DNA from: an uncultured Gammaproteobacteria bacterium
GTDB taxonomy: Bacteria; Patescibacteriota; Microgenomatia; Daviesbacterales; UBA10151
Reading direction: 5' to 3'
Length of the DNA: 64,000 nucleotides
NCBI GenBank assembly: GCA_964396715.1
Contig: CAYNFQ010000002.1
Span: 2,234-66,233, forward strand
The notes below the pieces were generated by a model. That model did not search any database, was not told where the DNA came from, and saw only the letters and a program-made list of their open reading frames with translations. Below are positions 9,493 through 19,195 of the stretch, piece after piece (positions within the stretch are counted from its first letter, which is position 1; the number at the start of each line of letters is the position of its first letter). The position numbers and the translations under genes are program-made.

Positions 9493-9698
9493 AATTGATC
9501 CTCCAGTCTCGCTAAATACCAACTGGCGAGTAAAAATATTATAACAAACAACAACCCCTTAATCAACACAAATAATATCTCCCACCAATTTGTCAGACCA
9601 CTTAAGGCAGGAGTTACAAATGCAGCAACAAAATAGGCTTTTGCAATATCCAGGCAAAAATTAGATAAAATCCCAGCCAATTTTGAATCCAAAACCAT
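9489..9698 (-). CDS. Small 2-TM membrane protein
   Basis: 69-aa ORF with two hydrophobic segments. Confidence 0.65.
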   Translation of the reverse strand: MVLDSKLAGILSNFCLDIAKAYFVAAFVTPALSGLTNWWEILFVLIKGLLFVIIFLLASWYLARLEDQL

Positions 9699-9779
9699 AA
9701 ATTCATTATACAGCTAAGTCATGGTCTATTGTATCGTAACTTTTTAAACTTGATCTACTTTTTAATAGTTTCTCCATAT

Positions 9780-9825
9780 TGTGGAAAGCCTGACAGTGGA
9801 TTAAATTGTGGATAAGTTTTCCACT
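9780..9825. promoter_or_regulatory. DnaA boxes upstream of dnaA
   Basis: TGTGGATAA at 9807-9815 plus degenerate TGTGGAAAG (9780) and TTTTCCACT (9817). Confidence 0.8.
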
Positions 9826-9839
9826 GCCTCCAAGCTCCT

Positions 9840-11159
9840 ATGGACAATTTAAGGCTCTGGCATAAATTTTTACAGCTCATCAAACCCGCAGTAGGCCCTG
9901 ATAATTTCAAGGCTTACTTTTTAAAAACCCTGCTAAAATCAATGACCGGAGATAGTCTTGTTTTAAGCACCAACTCAGCTTTTATAAAAGAGAGTTTGGA
10001 TCAAAAATATAGAACATTAATTGAGGAAACTTTTGCCAAGCTTTTAGAAAAAGCAGTGAAAGTTTCATTTATTGTCGCAGAGAGCGAAACTGAAAACCGG
10101 CAAATGGAGGAGGATTTTTTCTTGCCCTTGCAAACTCAAACAAATACGCTTAACCCCAAATATACCTTGGAAAATTTCGTGGTTGGGCCCACTAACAATT
10201 TAGCCTATGCCGCTGCCCAGGCTGTTGCTCAAAACCCCGGCACCTCTTATAACCCCTTGTTTATATACGGCGGGACCGGTGTGGGCAAAACTCACTTAAT
10301 GCTGGGGATTGGCAACGCCATAGTCAAAAAACACCCCAATTTTAAAGTTAATTTTTGTTCTTCGGAAAGATTCACCAATGATTATGTAGGCGCCCTTCAG
10401 ACCAAACAGTTTGCCTCTTTCCGTAACCGCTACAGAAACACAGATATTCTGCTGATTGATGATATCCAGTTTTTTTCCGGCAGGGAAGGCACCCAGGAGG
10501 AATTTTTTCACACCTTTAATGAATTAGCTTCTAAAAACTCGCAGATTGTGATCACTTCAGACAGACCCCCGTACGAAATTGCCAAACTGGAAGACAGGTT
10601 GAAAAGCCGCTTTCAGGGAGGATTGATGGTTGATATCCAGATTCCGGATTTCGATACCAGAGTGGCCATATTAAAAAACAAGTGCGCAGAACACCACAGC
10701 TTCCTTGGGGAGGGCTGTTTAAACATGATTGCCGCCTCAGTTGAAACAAATGCCCGAGATTTGGAAGGAAAACTGATCCAGATCCTGCAGTCTTTAAAAA
10801 CAAAGAATTTGCCCCCCACAGAGGAAAATATCACAATTTTACTTGGCGCAAAAGAGAATGGCCAGTTAAAAAATCTTACACCAAGGCAAGTAATTACCAA
10901 AATCTGTGAGTATTTTACCATTAAACAGAGTGATTTAAACGGACCCAAAAGACAAAAAGAACTGGTTTTACCCCGCCACCTCACCATGTATATTTTATCA
11001 GAAGAATTAGGTCTCACTGTGGAAAAAATAGGAGAATTGCTGGGAGGAAGGGATCATACCACGGTGATGCACGGAAGAGACAAAGTCAAAAGATTAATTC
11101 TTACCAATAAGGATGTCCAAAGAATTTTTATTGAAACCAAACAGAGTTTATCCACATAA
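9840..11159 (+). CDS. dnaA: Chromosomal replication initiator DnaA
   Basis: YNPLFIYGGTGVGKTHL, LLIDDIQF, QEEFFHTFN and GGRDHTTVMH motifs. Confidence 0.98.
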   Translation: MDNLRLWHKFLQLIKPAVGPDNFKAYFLKTLLKSMTGDSLVLSTNSAFIKESLDQKYRTLIEETFAKLLEKAVKVSFIVAESETENRQMEEDFFLPLQTQTNTLNPKYTLENFVVGPTNNLAYAAAQAVAQNPGTSYNPLFIYGGTGVGKTHLMLGIGNAIVKKHPNFKVNFCSSERFTNDYVGALQTKQFASFRNRYRNTDILLIDDIQFFSGREGTQEEFFHTFNELASKNSQIVITSDRPPYEIAKLEDRLKSRFQGGLMVDIQIPDFDTRVAILKNKCAEHHSFLGEGCLNMIAASVETNARDLEGKLIQILQSLKTKNLPPTEENITILLGAKENGQLKNLTPRQVITKICEYFTIKQSDLNGPKRQKELVLPRHLTMYILSEELGLTVEKIGELLGGRDHTTVMHGRDKVKRLILTNKDVQRIFIETKQSLST

Positions 11160-11324
11160 TCTTCCTGCTTATCCACATATTTTCCCACCAAAAATAACTG
11201 CTTATTCACACGAAATTCTCCCAAAAATAAGTTCAAAAATTAACTTTTACACATATCCACACCACATATTAATATGACTAGTATTTAGTACATTTATAGT
11301 ATAATCTACAAGCACTGTGGATAA
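11148..11324. other. Probable replication origin oriC
   Basis: TTATCCACA at 11148 and 11169, TTATTCACA at 11202, ATATCCACA at 11253, AT-rich stretch ~11265-11310, TGTGGATAA at 11316; lies between dnaA and dnaN. Confidence 0.85.
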
Positions 11325-11775
11325 CTTTAACTGGATTTTGGTTATTCTAATAATTACAAGTTTGTTAATTGCTTATTTAGTTGGTAGGCTTCAAGGTAGA
11401 AAACCAGCAGATATTCCTACTGATTTAATAGATCTTTACAAAGGAGTCCAGGATTTGCCCGCCAAAGTATTACAGGTGATCCAGGGCTCAATTAATCCTC
11501 AAAAAGGCAGGATGGCCGAACTTTTAACCTATGCCGAACTTCGCTATGATTATGATCGTATTATTCCCTTGGGATGGCCGATTGATTTTATCGGCATTAA
11601 AAACGGGGAGCGGATAGATTTTATAGAAGTAAAGAGCGGCCAAACTTACATCTTGACAGACGAGGAAAAACACATTAAAAACTTAATTGCTGCTGGCAGG
11701 GTTAATTTCAGATTAATTAAAGTATCTGAAGAAGACATCCACAATTTTGTGACTGCCAGAAAGGGAGAAGAATAG
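11317..11775 (+). CDS. Membrane-anchored PD-(D/E)xK endonuclease related to archaeal Holliday junction resolvase
   Basis: N-terminal TM helix; KGRMAE...LGWPIDFI...FIEVKSG...LTDEEKHIK pattern. Confidence 0.75.
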   Translation: MDNFNWILVILIITSLLIAYLVGRLQGRKPADIPTDLIDLYKGVQDLPAKVLQVIQGSINPQKGRMAELLTYAELRYDYDRIIPLGWPIDFIGIKNGERIDFIEVKSGQTYILTDEEKHIKNLIAAGRVNFRLIKVSEEDIHNFVTARKGEE

Positions 11776-11850
11776 ATTTCAGTCTTCAGCTATCAGCTTT
11801 CAGACTTTAAAATTGTCTGACGACTGACGACTGACGACTGACGACTGAAA
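11776..11850. repeat. 7-bp-periodic hairpin (TCAG/CTGACGA type) directly before dnaN
   Basis: ttcagtcttcagctatcagctttcagac...gtctgacgactgacgactgacgactgacgactgaaa. Confidence 0.9.
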
Positions 11851-12969
11851 ATGAAATTTACCATATTACAACAGGATTTTTTGCCCAAGTTGCAATCTGT
11901 TTCCAGGTCAGTGGGCGTGCGCTCCACCCTGCCTGTTTTGGATAATATTTTACTTTCGGTAGCAGGCTCGCCTCGCGGCGAAGCGGGCAAAAAACTGAAA
12001 ATTGCCGCCACCAATTTGGAAATAGGTGTTATTAAATATTTGCCTATTGAAGGAGGGGAAGACGGAGAAATTACTATTCCTGCCAAAACCATAGTAGAGC
12101 TAATTTCCGGCTTAGACCAATCCAAGGTGGAGCTTGCCACAACAGGGGAAGGCTTGACAGTCTCAAGCGGCAAACTCAAAGCCTTCATCAATGGTATCCC
12201 TGCCTCGGAATTTCCGGCCATACCTTTATCAGAGGAGAAAGGGATCAGTTTTTCCAAAGAAGCGCTTCAAGAGTGCTCTGGGATCCTTTTTGCCTCGGCT
12301 GTGGATGAGGGCAGACCGGTTTTGACGGGGATTTTAACAGAAGCCAAAGATGACAAATTGGATTTCGTAGCCACAGACGGCTTCAGACTGGCCCACCGCC
12401 AGGTAGCATTACCCAAAGGATCACCTCAGTTTAAAAGTTTAATCCCCAGGAGAACTTTTGAGGAAGTTTTACGCATTATGGGGGAGGAGGAAGCGGAGGA
12501 GATCAAGATTGCCACCACTGAAAACCAAAACCAGGTCATATTTTCCCTGGGAACAACAATTGTGTCCTCAAGGTTGATCGAAGGTCAATTTCCTGCCTGG
12601 GAAAAGATCATCCCCGCCTCCTCGGTGGCCAGGGTGGCGGTAGATAAAGAGGAATTTTTGCGGGCCATCAAACTGGCAGCTGTTTTTACCAAAAACGAAG
12701 CCAATATTTTGGTTTTAAATACCCAAAAAAACCTCTTAAAGCTTAAATCCTTTGCCAAAGAGCTGGGCAGCCAGGAGAATGAGATTGAGGCGGAGGTGGC
12801 AGGTGAAATTGAGGTGGCCTTCAATACCAGATTTTTACAGGAGGTTATCTCCAATGCTCCCTCAACTCAAGTCAGCATTGAATTTTCAGGCCCGCTTTCT
12901 GCCTCCTTAATCAAACCAATCGGAGTCGAAGGATTGGAATATATTGTCATGCCGGTGAGGCTGAGTTAA
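11851..12969 (+). CDS. dnaN: DNA polymerase III beta sliding clamp
   Basis: LPVLDNILL, ATNLE, RPVLTG, VATDGFRLA, SRLIEGQFP and VMPVR motifs. Confidence 0.98.
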   Translation: MKFTILQQDFLPKLQSVSRSVGVRSTLPVLDNILLSVAGSPRGEAGKKLKIAATNLEIGVIKYLPIEGGEDGEITIPAKTIVELISGLDQSKVELATTGEGLTVSSGKLKAFINGIPASEFPAIPLSEEKGISFSKEALQECSGILFASAVDEGRPVLTGILTEAKDDKLDFVATDGFRLAHRQVALPKGSPQFKSLIPRRTFEEVLRIMGEEEAEEIKIATTENQNQVIFSLGTTIVSSRLIEGQFPAWEKIIPASSVARVAVDKEEFLRAIKLAAVFTKNEANILVLNTQKNLLKLKSFAKELGSQENEIEAEVAGEIEVAFNTRFLQEVISNAPSTQVSIEFSGPLSASLIKPIGVEGLEYIVMPVRLS

Positions 12970-13085
12970 TGACTGCTTGAAGATTTGCGTTTGCGTTCCA
13001 TTAAAGTAGGTAAAGCCAATAAGATTAATGACAAAAGGACAACTCCTAAAGCAATATAAAAAAGAAATATATCTCCTGAGTTCAT
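12966..13085 (-). CDS. 39-aa single-TM microprotein (not in ORF track)
   Basis: MNSGDIFLFYIALGVVLLSLILLALPTLMERKRKSSSSH; ATGA overlap with the upstream gene. Confidence 0.6.
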   Translation of the reverse strand: MNSGDIFLFYIALGVVLLSLILLALPTLMERKRKSSSSH

Positions 13086-13387
13086 TGTTTCACTTTCCTC
13101 ATAATCAAAACACTAAACGACCATGAAGTTACGGTAAATAACAATCCTAATACTACTATATGTAGTTTATTATTGAACCAGAATACCTCGCAGCTCTGCT
13201 GCGGGGATGAATGGTTCGATAAGAACTTGTCCCGCTTGCGGGATACCCCGCTGCTTGCAGCGGGGAGGAATTCATTTTGGTCAAGACCGGGAACTATCAA
13301 GGGTAGAATCATAGAGCCAGCAAAAAGCTGTCCAGAAGCCACACCTATGTCAGCAAGTACTTTAAGCTGATAATGGTTAAGTTTCAT
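13082..13387 (-). CDS. Small 2-TM membrane protein with an in-frame palindromic insertion
   Basis: Two hydrophobic segments separated by the translated repeat LPAASSGVSR...SPQQSCEVF. Confidence 0.6.
   Translation of the reverse strand: MKLNHYQLKVLADIGVASGQLFAGSMILPLIVPGLDQNEFLPAASSGVSRKRDKFLSNHSSPQQSCEVFWFNNKLHIVVLGLLFTVTSWSFSVLIMRKVKQ
13172..13275. mobile_element. Non-autonomous two-hairpin element (IS200/IS605-end-like MITE)
   Basis: Hairpins CCTCGCAGC-TCT-GCTGCGGGG (13186-13206) and CCCCGCTGC-TT-GCAGCGGGG (13246-13265), each preceded by ATA; no transposase. Confidence 0.6.
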
Positions 13388-13833
13388 ATCCCCCTAAATT
13401 TTATTGTTTGGAAATGATAGATTGCCTCTTTGCCCCAATTGCCTACGCCATCGAATTTAGTCTCCGGCCCGATAAATATAGTATAGGTTACCCCCAGTTC
13501 AAAGGGGGTTTGGGGGATAATTTTGGCGGTTTTGCGATCAGGTGACAGCTCTATTTTTATTTCTGCCTTAGGATCTATCCTGAATTTAAATTCTCCGATA
13601 TTCTCCAAGGGGCGGTTAAAAGTTATCTCCACCACCTCTGTTGCGGAAACCACCGCATTTTCCAAAGGATCTGGTTTGGTGGCGATAATTTGAGGAGGTT
13701 CTGTTTGCTCATTTGCAGAAGGTTGTGGTTTAGCTTCAAAAGCTAGATCCTTTTTATAAATTCCCTTATACAGCAAAAAAGCGATCAGTAGTGTCAGTAG
13801 GCAAATTAGAGGCAGTAATGTTTTTTTATTCAT
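13384..13833 (-). CDS. Membrane-anchored Ig-like (Big_5/SbsA-type) protein
   Basis: N-terminal TM; PPQIIATKP..VEITFNRPL..IIPQTPFELGVTYTI pattern. Confidence 0.7.
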   Translation of the reverse strand: MNKKTLLPLICLLTLLIAFLLYKGIYKKDLAFEAKPQPSANEQTEPPQIIATKPDPLENAVVSATEVVEITFNRPLENIGEFKFRIDPKAEIKIELSPDRKTAKIIPQTPFELGVTYTIFIGPETKFDGVGNWGKEAIYHFQTIKFRGI

Positions 13834-13835
13834 AT

Positions 13836-16670
13836 TTATTGAGAAGTTATCTTTACATCATCCAGATACACAGCTGTCGGAAAATCATTTGTCACTCCAA
13901 ATCCAATATATACTCTTTTTCCTGATATTCCAATTTTTGAAAGCCCGTCAGCGCTTAAATTTATATTAATCTTTTTCCAGCCGGAAAAAGCATCAGAACA
14001 ATCAAAAGCAGCGCCTCCATCAATAATACACTCATACCCGGAGGAAAAATTCCCCTTACCACATTCGCTGAAATCAGGAACACCGGGAACATAACCAAGA
14101 AAAATTTCTTTCCCCGGATAAGGAGGAGTCTCCTCATTTGCTATATAAATATAAAACGGAGCAGACCTATTTGTCCCGACCTGATAGGTACCCTCACTTT
14201 TTATCTTGAACCAGAATTCAATTGAAATTCCGCTATTCATATTTGAGCTTTCAATATATTGTCTTACTTCAGGAAATATACGGAAACTTCCAGGTGTTGG
14301 ATCGCCCCCGTTATATATTTTGGGAGCTTGGCAAAGAGCTGCATTTTCTCCTCCAATTAGTATTGCAGATTTTCCGCTGTGAGCATCTGTAGTAAAACTT
14401 AAATTATCACTGAATTGACCCGCTTTATAAGAAGCTGTATTTGTCCACCCGGACAAAGAACTTTCAAATCCGCAGTTTTGTATAAGATTATTGCTTGTTT
14501 GGCAGGAGGCGGTATTATTTTGAGCGGAAGAAGTGCTAGTTGAAGAAGAACACCTCCCCCAGTAATTGGTATTAGTTTTTTGTACTCCGGCATAGTTATT
14601 ATCAGACAGATTGTCAGAGGACTTTAAAAGAGAGGAGTCTGGATCGGTAATCCCGATAAATCTTAAAGGGTTTACCAATACTCCGTTAATTTTAATTTTA
14701 TAGTGGACATGAGAGCCTGTTGAACCACCGCCTGTTGAGCCGACGATTCCTACAATACTTCCCCTTGTTACATTATTTCCTTTATCAACCCTGGAAGTTT
14801 GCAGATGTTCTAAAGTTATAACCGTAGATTTATCCTGACTGGTAATCTCTACAAATCTTCCCTCGTCACCATTAGCATCTGCTGCGCTGACAGTCCCATC
14901 AATGGTTGATTTTACAGGAGTAATGCCCTCTGTCCCGGCAATATCTATGCCGTTGTGGCATTGCAGAAAGCTGGAAGGACAATCTTGGTTGCGAACATTA
15001 GGATATCCTGGAATATTATAGCCGTATGGTGTGGTAATAGTTTCCTCAACAGGACAACCCAGGGATTGGTTTTGGGAGGCAATAATTTGTTGGCAGCTTT
15101 GGATGCTGGTCCAGATGTCAGTACCGTAGTTATAAGGGCCGCTGCACTTTAGTGGGTCTCCACCCCCATACTCTAAACAGCCATAATAACCTGAAGCTAC
15201 CTTATAGATAACATTTTGATTGCTATTCCAAGAAGGATCCCATTTTGTTCCATCTCCGATACCATACCCCAACTCTAATCTTTTTAAGATAAACCCAGCT
15301 GATAAAATAATACTTGTTTTAGGATCACAAAAATCTGTCTCAGTAAGCTGATCCAGGGATTTACCCAGAAAACCTGCTCCTAATTCTAATCCTGCAGAAA
15401 ACCCCCCTCTTGTACCAGGAGGCTGAAGCTGCATAATTCCTAAGGCTCCTGTTTGGCTTCTTGGACAACCGGCAATTGAGCTTAAACTGGGTAAATCTGC
15501 ATCTGTTTTAGAGGTAATTGTGGGAGACTCCACCCTGGCTATGGCAGCCAAGACAGCTGCTGGAACAGAAGAGATGCGAGAGGCTTCTTGAAAGTAATTC
15601 AAAAGAAGAGGGCTTTTATAGCTTTCTTGAGCAGGAGTTCTATCTCCTCTTGTAAACTGGCAACTGTTTAAATTTGTGATTGGGTAACTTGCAACAGGTG
15701 CAGCTTCACCTGATGGGGTTGTTTGGGAAAGGCCGCCAATTAAGCCTACACCCAAAACAAGGAAGAAAAAAGCTCCAACTAGACCCCAGATTAGCTTTTT
15801 TGATCCGGAGGACACAAAGGATTTAGATGCACTTCTTAATTCGGGACTGGAAAGTCTTTCAAAAGCATTAAGGCCGTGGTTTGCTGCTTTCCCCAAAAGA
15901 TTGTATGTGCCGGTCAGCCCAGGACCGGCAATACCTCTGCCTACTCCTTTGGCTATTTCCCAAAGACCCCTGCCTATTCTACCTAAATTTATTTTGGTAA
16001 ATCTTTGGCTAGCAGAGCCAAAATTTTTGGCTGCATTTGTAAATGAATCAGGCATTTTAAAACTGCGCCAGTTAAACCTTTGGAGAGCAGCAGTTTGCGC
16101 GTTTAGCCGGTTTGTTTCAGCTTCCAGTCTGTTTGCTTTATTAGTAGCAGCCGTGCCTTGGCCTGTTCCTCCCTCCATGCCTCCAATAGACGGAGGAGCC
16201 TGGTTGGCAATAAAAATACGCCGGGGAGTGGAAGAAATAGCTGGACCAGCAGGCAAGCCCGGCACACCCATTGTGCCCCCTGCTTCGCCAACAGGTACCT
16301 GTGTGCTTACGCCTTGTCCGGCTGAAGCTTCCTGACTGCCTACTTGTTCGCCGCTCCACCCTGCCGCAACAGGCTTTTCCCCTAACACTTTTGTTAATTC
16401 AATTTGCTGTGCCTGGGTAAAGTTACCCAAGAGAAATTTTCTATTATTTGGATCGGATAAATATCTGATAATGGCATTGTCATCTTTGAATTTGTCTCCT
16501 TGAAACTGTGGGAATCTGCGAAGCAATGAAAGACAGTAAGGTTTATCTACAGGTGTTCTTTGCCCGTTGATCATAGCAGAAGAAGGGATTTGTTTTAAGT
16601 CTTGTTTGAAGCCGCTATCTTTTAATGCCGAAAAAAATGCTATGAGTTTTTGAATATCCCTATAATCCAT
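13836..16670 (-). CDS. Membrane-anchored peptidoglycan hydrolase (SLT-like + M23 peptidase + CBM-like C-terminus)
   Basis: AVLAAIARVES..GALGIMQL (lytic transglycosylase); HNGID and HVHY (M23); NNLIQNCGFES..YLDDVKI (CBM_4_9-like). Confidence 0.8.
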   Translation of the reverse strand: MDYRDIQKLIAFFSALKDSGFKQDLKQIPSSAMINGQRTPVDKPYCLSLLRRFPQFQGDKFKDDNAIIRYLSDPNNRKFLLGNFTQAQQIELTKVLGEKPVAAGWSGEQVGSQEASAGQGVSTQVPVGEAGGTMGVPGLPAGPAISSTPRRIFIANQAPPSIGGMEGGTGQGTAATNKANRLEAETNRLNAQTAALQRFNWRSFKMPDSFTNAAKNFGSASQRFTKINLGRIGRGLWEIAKGVGRGIAGPGLTGTYNLLGKAANHGLNAFERLSSPELRSASKSFVSSGSKKLIWGLVGAFFFLVLGVGLIGGLSQTTPSGEAAPVASYPITNLNSCQFTRGDRTPAQESYKSPLLLNYFQEASRISSVPAAVLAAIARVESPTITSKTDADLPSLSSIAGCPRSQTGALGIMQLQPPGTRGGFSAGLELGAGFLGKSLDQLTETDFCDPKTSIILSAGFILKRLELGYGIGDGTKWDPSWNSNQNVIYKVASGYYGCLEYGGGDPLKCSGPYNYGTDIWTSIQSCQQIIASQNQSLGCPVEETITTPYGYNIPGYPNVRNQDCPSSFLQCHNGIDIAGTEGITPVKSTIDGTVSAADANGDEGRFVEITSQDKSTVITLEHLQTSRVDKGNNVTRGSIVGIVGSTGGGSTGSHVHYKIKINGVLVNPLRFIGITDPDSSLLKSSDNLSDNNYAGVQKTNTNYWGRCSSSTSTSSAQNNTASCQTSNNLIQNCGFESSLSGWTNTASYKAGQFSDNLSFTTDAHSGKSAILIGGENAALCQAPKIYNGGDPTPGSFRIFPEVRQYIESSNMNSGISIEFWFKIKSEGTYQVGTNRSAPFYIYIANEETPPYPGKEIFLGYVPGVPDFSECGKGNFSSGYECIIDGGAAFDCSDAFSGWKKININLSADGLSKIGISGKRVYIGFGVTNDFPTAVYLDDVKITSQ

Positions 16671-16685
16671 ATCATTAGTGTATCA

Positions 16686-18449
16686 TCAAACATTTTGCCG
16701 GGCCAATAATTCCTCCGGGTTTGAGGTGATTAACTGATGTTCGGAAGGCGAGGCTACCACTCTCATGGCCACATGGGTATTTCCGGCAAAAAACAATCCT
16801 TCCCCGATGCCCTCAGACATCAAAAGCCTTTGTTCCCCTTCCGACAAATTAAAAACCCGGCCCAACAGATCAATTGAGGCGGGAGCCTGTTTTAACAGGA
16901 TTTGGATTGAAGAGTTGGAGATAATTTCCTTGCCCCGGTCGGTTGATAAAAAATCCTCCACATCCTGGGTGATAGTGGTCAGCCCCAAATAATACTTTCT
17001 TGATCTTTTGGCAATATCCACCAAAAAATCAGCCGAATCCTGATTTCTCATCAAATACCAGGCTTCATCTACAATCAGGATGCGTTTTTTGAGTTTGCTG
17101 CGGATCTTGGTCCAAATAAAATCCAATATCAGATGAATTGCCAGAGGCCTTAGCTGATCAGCCAAATCCCTGACTGAAAAAACAGTGAATGAGTTGGATA
17201 AATCAATATTGGAGCGGGAGGAAAATATGCCTGCTAAAGAGCCCTTGATAAATCTTTCCAAGCGGGCAGCCAGCTCCATGGCAGAGGGTTCTTCCATGCC
17301 GATCAACACCTTATACAAATCCTCCATCAAAGGAGGGCCGGATGGCGGGTTAATTTGAGTTTTGGGATCATCGGTGATGCCTTTTTGTTGGTATGTTTGT
17401 TTTAAGCTTCTGTCCAAAATTGCCGCCTCGGTGGCGGAAAGCGTCCCCAGGACAATTTTTAAAAATGCGGTTAAGGATAAAATTTTTCTTCCCAGCTCAT
17501 TCTCACCTGAGGATACATCAAAAGATAAATCAAACGGATTAATTTTGGCAGGGGATGATGATGAAAAATTAATATATTCCCCCCCGACAGCCTGCGACAG
17601 TGTTAAATACTCCTGCTCAGGGTCAATCACAATAATTTCCGTGCCAAACATTAAAGAACGCATAGCTTCCAGTTTTACTAAATAACTTTTTCCCGCTCCT
17701 GATTTGGCGAAGACCACAGAATTGGCATTCTCTAAACTGAACCTATCAAACAAAATCAGCGAATCATTATGCTCATTGATGCCGTACATGATCCCCTCAT
17801 TGGCTGTTAGCTCAGATGAGGCAAAAGGGAAAGTGGTGGCCAAAGCCGTGGTGTCCATATTGTGGGTTAAATTTAACAGGTCTTCTCCCAAAGGCAGGGT
17901 GGATTTAAAACCATCCTCCATTTGCAGTGTGGTTGGTTTGGCGCTCATGGAGAGCGATGCCAGGGTTCCCTCAACCAGTTTGGAAGTATTGTGCAATTCT
18001 TCCAAATTAACGCTGGGGACAGTGATGTACAAAGCAAACTGGAAAAATCTTTCCACGCCTTTGACCAGTTGGTCCTGCAATCCTCTGGCATCTTCCAGCG
18101 CCACCTCAACAGAGGGATCAATAGCTCTGCCCCGTTCCAGATCTGTTTGGATGGTTGCCTCCATCTCGGCAATTTTTCTTTTCAACTCATCCAAAACCCC
18201 GGCGGACTGGGAAGGATAAATAAACATGGAGATTAAAAGAGAATGGTCAAAGGAGATGACCGGTTCCAGCCAGTTTGGTTCCACAAAGCGGGGGTAACTG
18301 GATACAAAATAAGTTCGGGAAAACCTGTTGTCTATTCTGATGTGGTTAAAATCAACTTCAATTTCCGCAGGAGCAATCACGTCCTCCAAAGTTAATTGGA
18401 TAGTGGTATCTTCTGTTTTATTTTTTTTACCAAACAGGTTAAATTTCAT
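16686..18449 (-). CDS. VirB4/TraC-like T4SS ATPase
   Basis: AKSGAGKS Walker A, VIDPEQEY, LIVDEAW Walker B, RSRKY and ITQDVEDF. Confidence 0.92.
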   Translation of the reverse strand: MKFNLFGKKNKTEDTTIQLTLEDVIAPAEIEVDFNHIRIDNRFSRTYFVSSYPRFVEPNWLEPVISFDHSLLISMFIYPSQSAGVLDELKRKIAEMEATIQTDLERGRAIDPSVEVALEDARGLQDQLVKGVERFFQFALYITVPSVNLEELHNTSKLVEGTLASLSMSAKPTTLQMEDGFKSTLPLGEDLLNLTHNMDTTALATTFPFASSELTANEGIMYGINEHNDSLILFDRFSLENANSVVFAKSGAGKSYLVKLEAMRSLMFGTEIIVIDPEQEYLTLSQAVGGEYINFSSSSPAKINPFDLSFDVSSGENELGRKILSLTAFLKIVLGTLSATEAAILDRSLKQTYQQKGITDDPKTQINPPSGPPLMEDLYKVLIGMEEPSAMELAARLERFIKGSLAGIFSSRSNIDLSNSFTVFSVRDLADQLRPLAIHLILDFIWTKIRSKLKKRILIVDEAWYLMRNQDSADFLVDIAKRSRKYYLGLTTITQDVEDFLSTDRGKEIISNSSIQILLKQAPASIDLLGRVFNLSEGEQRLLMSEGIGEGLFFAGNTHVAMRVVASPSEHQLITSNPEELLARQNV

Positions 18450-19195
18450 ACTTCTGTTCCTAATTCTTCCACCACAAACGGGTGGTTTCTTGAGTACTGG
18501 GTGGTAAGTGGCGGTACAGGAGGCTGGTTGAGTTTTTGTTCGGGAAGTGCTGATTTTAAGTCCGGTTGCACAACTATCTTTTGCGGCTCCTTTAGGGTCA
18601 CCTCCATCTGCCGGCCGCTTATTGAGAGGGGTTGGCTGCTTTGGAAACTCTGACCATTGTAGATACTGTAAAAAAGCTCAAGCAATTCTTGGCCGGTCAG
18701 TTGTGAAGTCTTAAGTCCGACTCTTGACAGTTGTCTTAAGACTTGATCCCTTCTTGGCAGCAGCACGGTTTTAATTTTCTGCTGCAGCGACTCTGTTGAG
18801 GCAGTCAGTCCCAACTCTAAGGAAAAAAGAGGAATGACTACATAGAATTTTTTATCCAGGACATCATTTTCCTTAATGGTAGTTTGAATAAACTGGCGAT
18901 AACTGACAATCATTTTTGATAAAAGCAGATTAGTCTGTATTTTTTGGGCCTTGTCCAAAAGGGTGAGGTATGAGTTGATATTTAACCTTTGAGAGTGGAT
19001 GACGATTTGGATACTGAATGATAAGGAGTTTAGCATTTGGGCAAAGCTGCCAATGATGGCCATTTGCTCTCTTTGGGAAAGCAGGCCAAAATTAACTGCC
19101 CCCACTTGTAAAACCAGTGCCCCTCCGCCTCCTTTGAGGATTAAAATGTCCTCCCGAATATCCTTAATAGACAAATGCTGCTGTGTTGTGCTCAT
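18446..19195 (-). CDS. Conserved T4SS-cluster protein (VirB4 N-terminal-like accessory)
   Basis: STTQQHLSIKDIREDILILK..VNFGLLS..LNSLSFSIQI; lies between PrgI and VirB4. Confidence 0.65.
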   Translation of the reverse strand: MSTTQQHLSIKDIREDILILKGGGGALVLQVGAVNFGLLSQREQMAIIGSFAQMLNSLSFSIQIVIHSQRLNINSYLTLLDKAQKIQTNLLLSKMIVSYRQFIQTTIKENDVLDKKFYVVIPLFSLELGLTASTESLQQKIKTVLLPRRDQVLRQLSRVGLKTSQLTGQELLELFYSIYNGQSFQSSQPLSISGRQMEVTLKEPQKIVVQPDLKSALPEQKLNQPPVPPLTTQYSRNHPFVVEELGTEV

